This document shows, piece after piece, positions 60,159 through 64,000 of a stretch of 64,000 bases of DNA. Numbering within the stretch: position 1 is the first letter of the stretch; every line of letters starts with the position of its first letter. Under the pieces are notes generated by a model. The model did not search any database. It had not been told where the DNA came from and saw only the letters and a list, made by a program, of their open reading frames with translations. Origin of the DNA: Protoeuglena noctilucae. Taxonomy: Eukaryota. The stretch spans positions 1,240,001 to 1,304,000 of the forward strand of contig OY253673.1 in the NCBI GenBank assembly GCA_958009085.1, in the 5' to 3' direction. The translations under genes and the position numbers were made by a program.

Positions 60159-62669
60159 CTACTTGCGCGAGAAACCCCGTACGTACGACGGGCTGCTCAT
60201 CTCCAAAAGCCGTGACACCGCACGCCGGAATGCGAACGCCTCCTCCTCGCCCCCCAGGCTCCTCGTGAGCGACGCTGCCCCCCGCGCACCCGCCCCGACC
60301 GGAGCGACGCCTCCCGACTGCGAGCAAGCAATCACAAGCAGTGCCCCTCGTCACCGCATCATGACTGGCAGCCTGTCCCGGGGCCCCATGCACGCCATGC
60401 CATGCCATGCGCACCTGCCCCACGTCGCGCCGAGACCTGGCTCCCTCGACAGCGGCCTCGAACTGCAGCTGCTCCAGATCCACCAGGGGCTCGTCCCAGT
60501 CCGCCACCGTCCTGCCGAAAAGCTCGTCAGGGGGCGCCGCCGCCGAGCACACCAGCCGCACCCTGCACCCGCCACAACCCGCCACATGGCCACGTTGGTG
60601 CTGCTAGTAACGCACAACAAGCAACGCATCAACCGCCTCAAGCAACACATCAATCTTCTATCCGCCGCCTCACCTCGCGTTGTAGAGCTCGTCGATCAGC
60701 GTGATGAAGCGGCGCGCTCGGTCCCTCGTCTGCATCGAGAACCCCGGCACCCCATCCACAAAGACGGTGTGGAATGCCCCGGCCAGCGCCACATAGTCCG
60801 CGGCCCCTGGGGTCACATGGGGAAAGGGAGCGACAGGTCACAGCACGATGATTTTGGATATGACACATGGTTGAGAAATGGGGCAGCTGCTGCGTGCAGC
60901 GACACGCACCGAGGGCCCTGTCGCACAGCTCGGCGAAGCTGAAGCGCGCCACGCCCCCCACGCGGCGCTCCGCACGCAGCGTGCGCCCGAACATGACGGG
61001 GACGTCGAGAGCCGCCGCCTGTGCCCCTGTGCCCTCTCGCGCCACCGCATCGCCCCACTCCCGATCCATGGCCTGTGATGCCGTCTCGTCCAGTGGACAG
61101 AAGAAGCGCCCCGGCGCCAAGGACTTCGATTCCCTATCACCCTCCCCGATATCAATGGCTTCGTCAGCCAGGACGCGTCGGTAGTCGACGCCCGTGGTCA
61201 GGACCTCCCGGCAGTGTCGACGCACATGACTCACGAAATGACTAAAGAGATCCTCGTGGAGGCCCTGCCGTGGGAGCTCGTCGGGCGCGCGGTTGCTCGT
61301 GCACACCAGCACGCCGCCCTCATCCATCAATGCCTCGAACAGCCCCTTGAGCACCACGGCAGTGTAGGGGTCCGTCACTTGCACCTCATCGAAACAGAGG
61401 ACCGCAGGGCTGCGGGGGCGTCACACAGCAACGATGCTGCTAGGTGGCCTGGTCTGTGCTAGGTGCGCGCGCGCATGGCTCCGGATCCCACGCTCGCCCT
61501 CACCCGCTGCCTCGCTGTTTGGCCCCATCGCTTTCTGCAGACTCTTCGTCTAGGTCGTCGACCTCGTCTATGGGTGCATGGGGCGACCCATACAAGAGCC
61601 AGTGGGACGCCGCCCGCACCACCTCCGCGTTCGCGGCTCCGAGGGTAGCCAGCGAATCGCTCTGTCGTGCGGCACGCGTCTGCTGCTGCACGCGTCTCCT
61701 TGCAGCAAGCACTGCGCGCGTGGTGGGACGGGAGACCGCAGGATGGGTTGGACGGAAGATTGCGGGATGGGTTGCCCGGACTGTACCAGCGACATGTTGC
61801 CATCTCGCTGTACCCCTCTTACCTGCCAGCTTGGCGGCCTTGGCACCGTGCCCCACCCCCCGAGCGCCCTTGTCCGCCCCCGTCGCTGTGCTGTCCCTCG
61901 CAGCGTCCCCGGTGTCCATCGCCCCGTAAAGGCTCCCAGCCTCGACGCCGTGCATGAGGCTGTTGAGTTCCAGCATGGCGGCGTTGAAGTGCACCCGTAG
62001 CACGCGGCACGGTGCCTGGGAGCGCCTCAGCGTTGCACAGAACAGGTCCATCAGCATGCTCTTGCCGGTGCCCACGGGTCCGTGCACGTACACGCCCAGC
62101 GGGGCAGCTGGCATCGTGGGGGGCGCCCCGGCACCCTCGTCGACCTCTCGCTCTATTCGTCGCATCGCCTCACGACGCGCCCTCTCCGCAGCCGGTGGGG
62201 AAGCCCCACCAGGGCCCGGCCACAGGGACTGAAGCCACGATTGGATCGGCCATTCGGTCCCTCTCTCCTGACGCAGCGCCTCCTTTGTGTAGGCCTCCAG
62301 TCGCTCGCTGGTGCGGGACGCCAGCAGCCGCTCCTTCGCTGTTTGCCAGCGCCGGTAGCTCCGGAGCCACCCCGCGTACGCCTCGCTGTGAGCCACCACA
62401 GCGCTCAGCGTCTCGTCCAGGACGCTCGCGCACTGCGTGCAGCAGCCAAGAGAGGTGTTTGTATGCATCAAGCGAGACGTGATGCGTTTTTGCTTTACCA
62501 TGGTCACCTTTCGCTGCGATTCATCCCTCCGAATTGCTCCCCGCGACACTAGAGCATCGTATTGCTCGCGGATGGCCCCTGCAGCGAGCGAGCTGAAGAA
62601 GCGCCTCGACGTGAAGCCCAGCCATGCTCGCCGGCGAAGGCTCCGAGCGGTGCAGGTATGCCACGTCAT
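60159..62669 (-). CDS. AFG1: AFG1/ZapE-like mitochondrial ATPase (LACE1)
   Basis: Walker A GVYVHGPVGTGKSMLMDLF, RVHFN, Walker B LCFDEVQVTD, TSNRAPDEL, FAELCDRALG, RRFITLIDELY and EEAFAFRRAVSRLLEM, with a presequence-like N-terminus. Confidence 0.93.
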
Positions 62670-63042
62670 GGCAGCGATGGAGATGTGGTAGACGTCCGCC
62701 AAAGCGCAGCGTCCTTGCATCGGCGCAAAACAGTGCAAGTCCTCGGCACGTGTCAGAACAGCTCGTGCGTCGCAATGAGTCGACTTTTCGAGCGCAGCAG
62801 CGCTGCTCTGACAACAGCTATCCTTCCATGAGCTGTCTGCGGCCGCAGTTCTGGGCATCCCAACAGCACTTACTCCCAGCACAGACTTGTTCTCCCTTGC
62901 GGGCTTCCCTGGACGCCTGCCTGCGCAGCTTGCAGTGCGGTAGCTCGTGGGAAGTCCCCGCACTGGAACGCCAAGATCGCGCGGTCCCATCGCCCACAGA
63001 GCGAGCCAGCCCACGGCGGCCCCGTGCCACGGGGAGGAAGCC

Positions 63043-64000
<958 letters not shown>

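Overview
This is a gene-dense, very GC-rich eukaryotic nuclear region with many short spliceosomal introns. The gene content (LPA3, PILS, GATA26/27-like, LEA, RabH) points to a green alga (inference). About 24 intron-containing protein-coding genes were reconstructed by hand: complex I 75-kDa subunit, a nucleotide-sugar transporter, TFIIE-alpha, a beta-helix protein, PILS, an AIR1/ZCCHC7-like zinc-knuckle protein, a Bud23-like methyltransferase, DPM1, LPA3, an ICMT-like protein, cytosolic SHMT, two tandem LEA genes, a PGAP1-like hydrolase, eIF3a, a GATA factor, a MATE transporter, an AFG1 ATPase, Rab6 (cut by the window end) and five hypothetical genes. Many are arranged head-to-head. No rRNA, tRNA, CRISPR array or intact transposon was recognised. 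The strongest unusual signals are in RNA processing: about a dozen AG|GCRAG (GC-AG) introns, and a TTGAA motif recurring downstream of stop codons where the chlorophyte TGTAA poly(A) signal would be expected. Several proteins also carry atypical extensions. Exon boundaries are manual and approximate, and most long ORFs in the supplied track are intron read-through or shadow ORFs.
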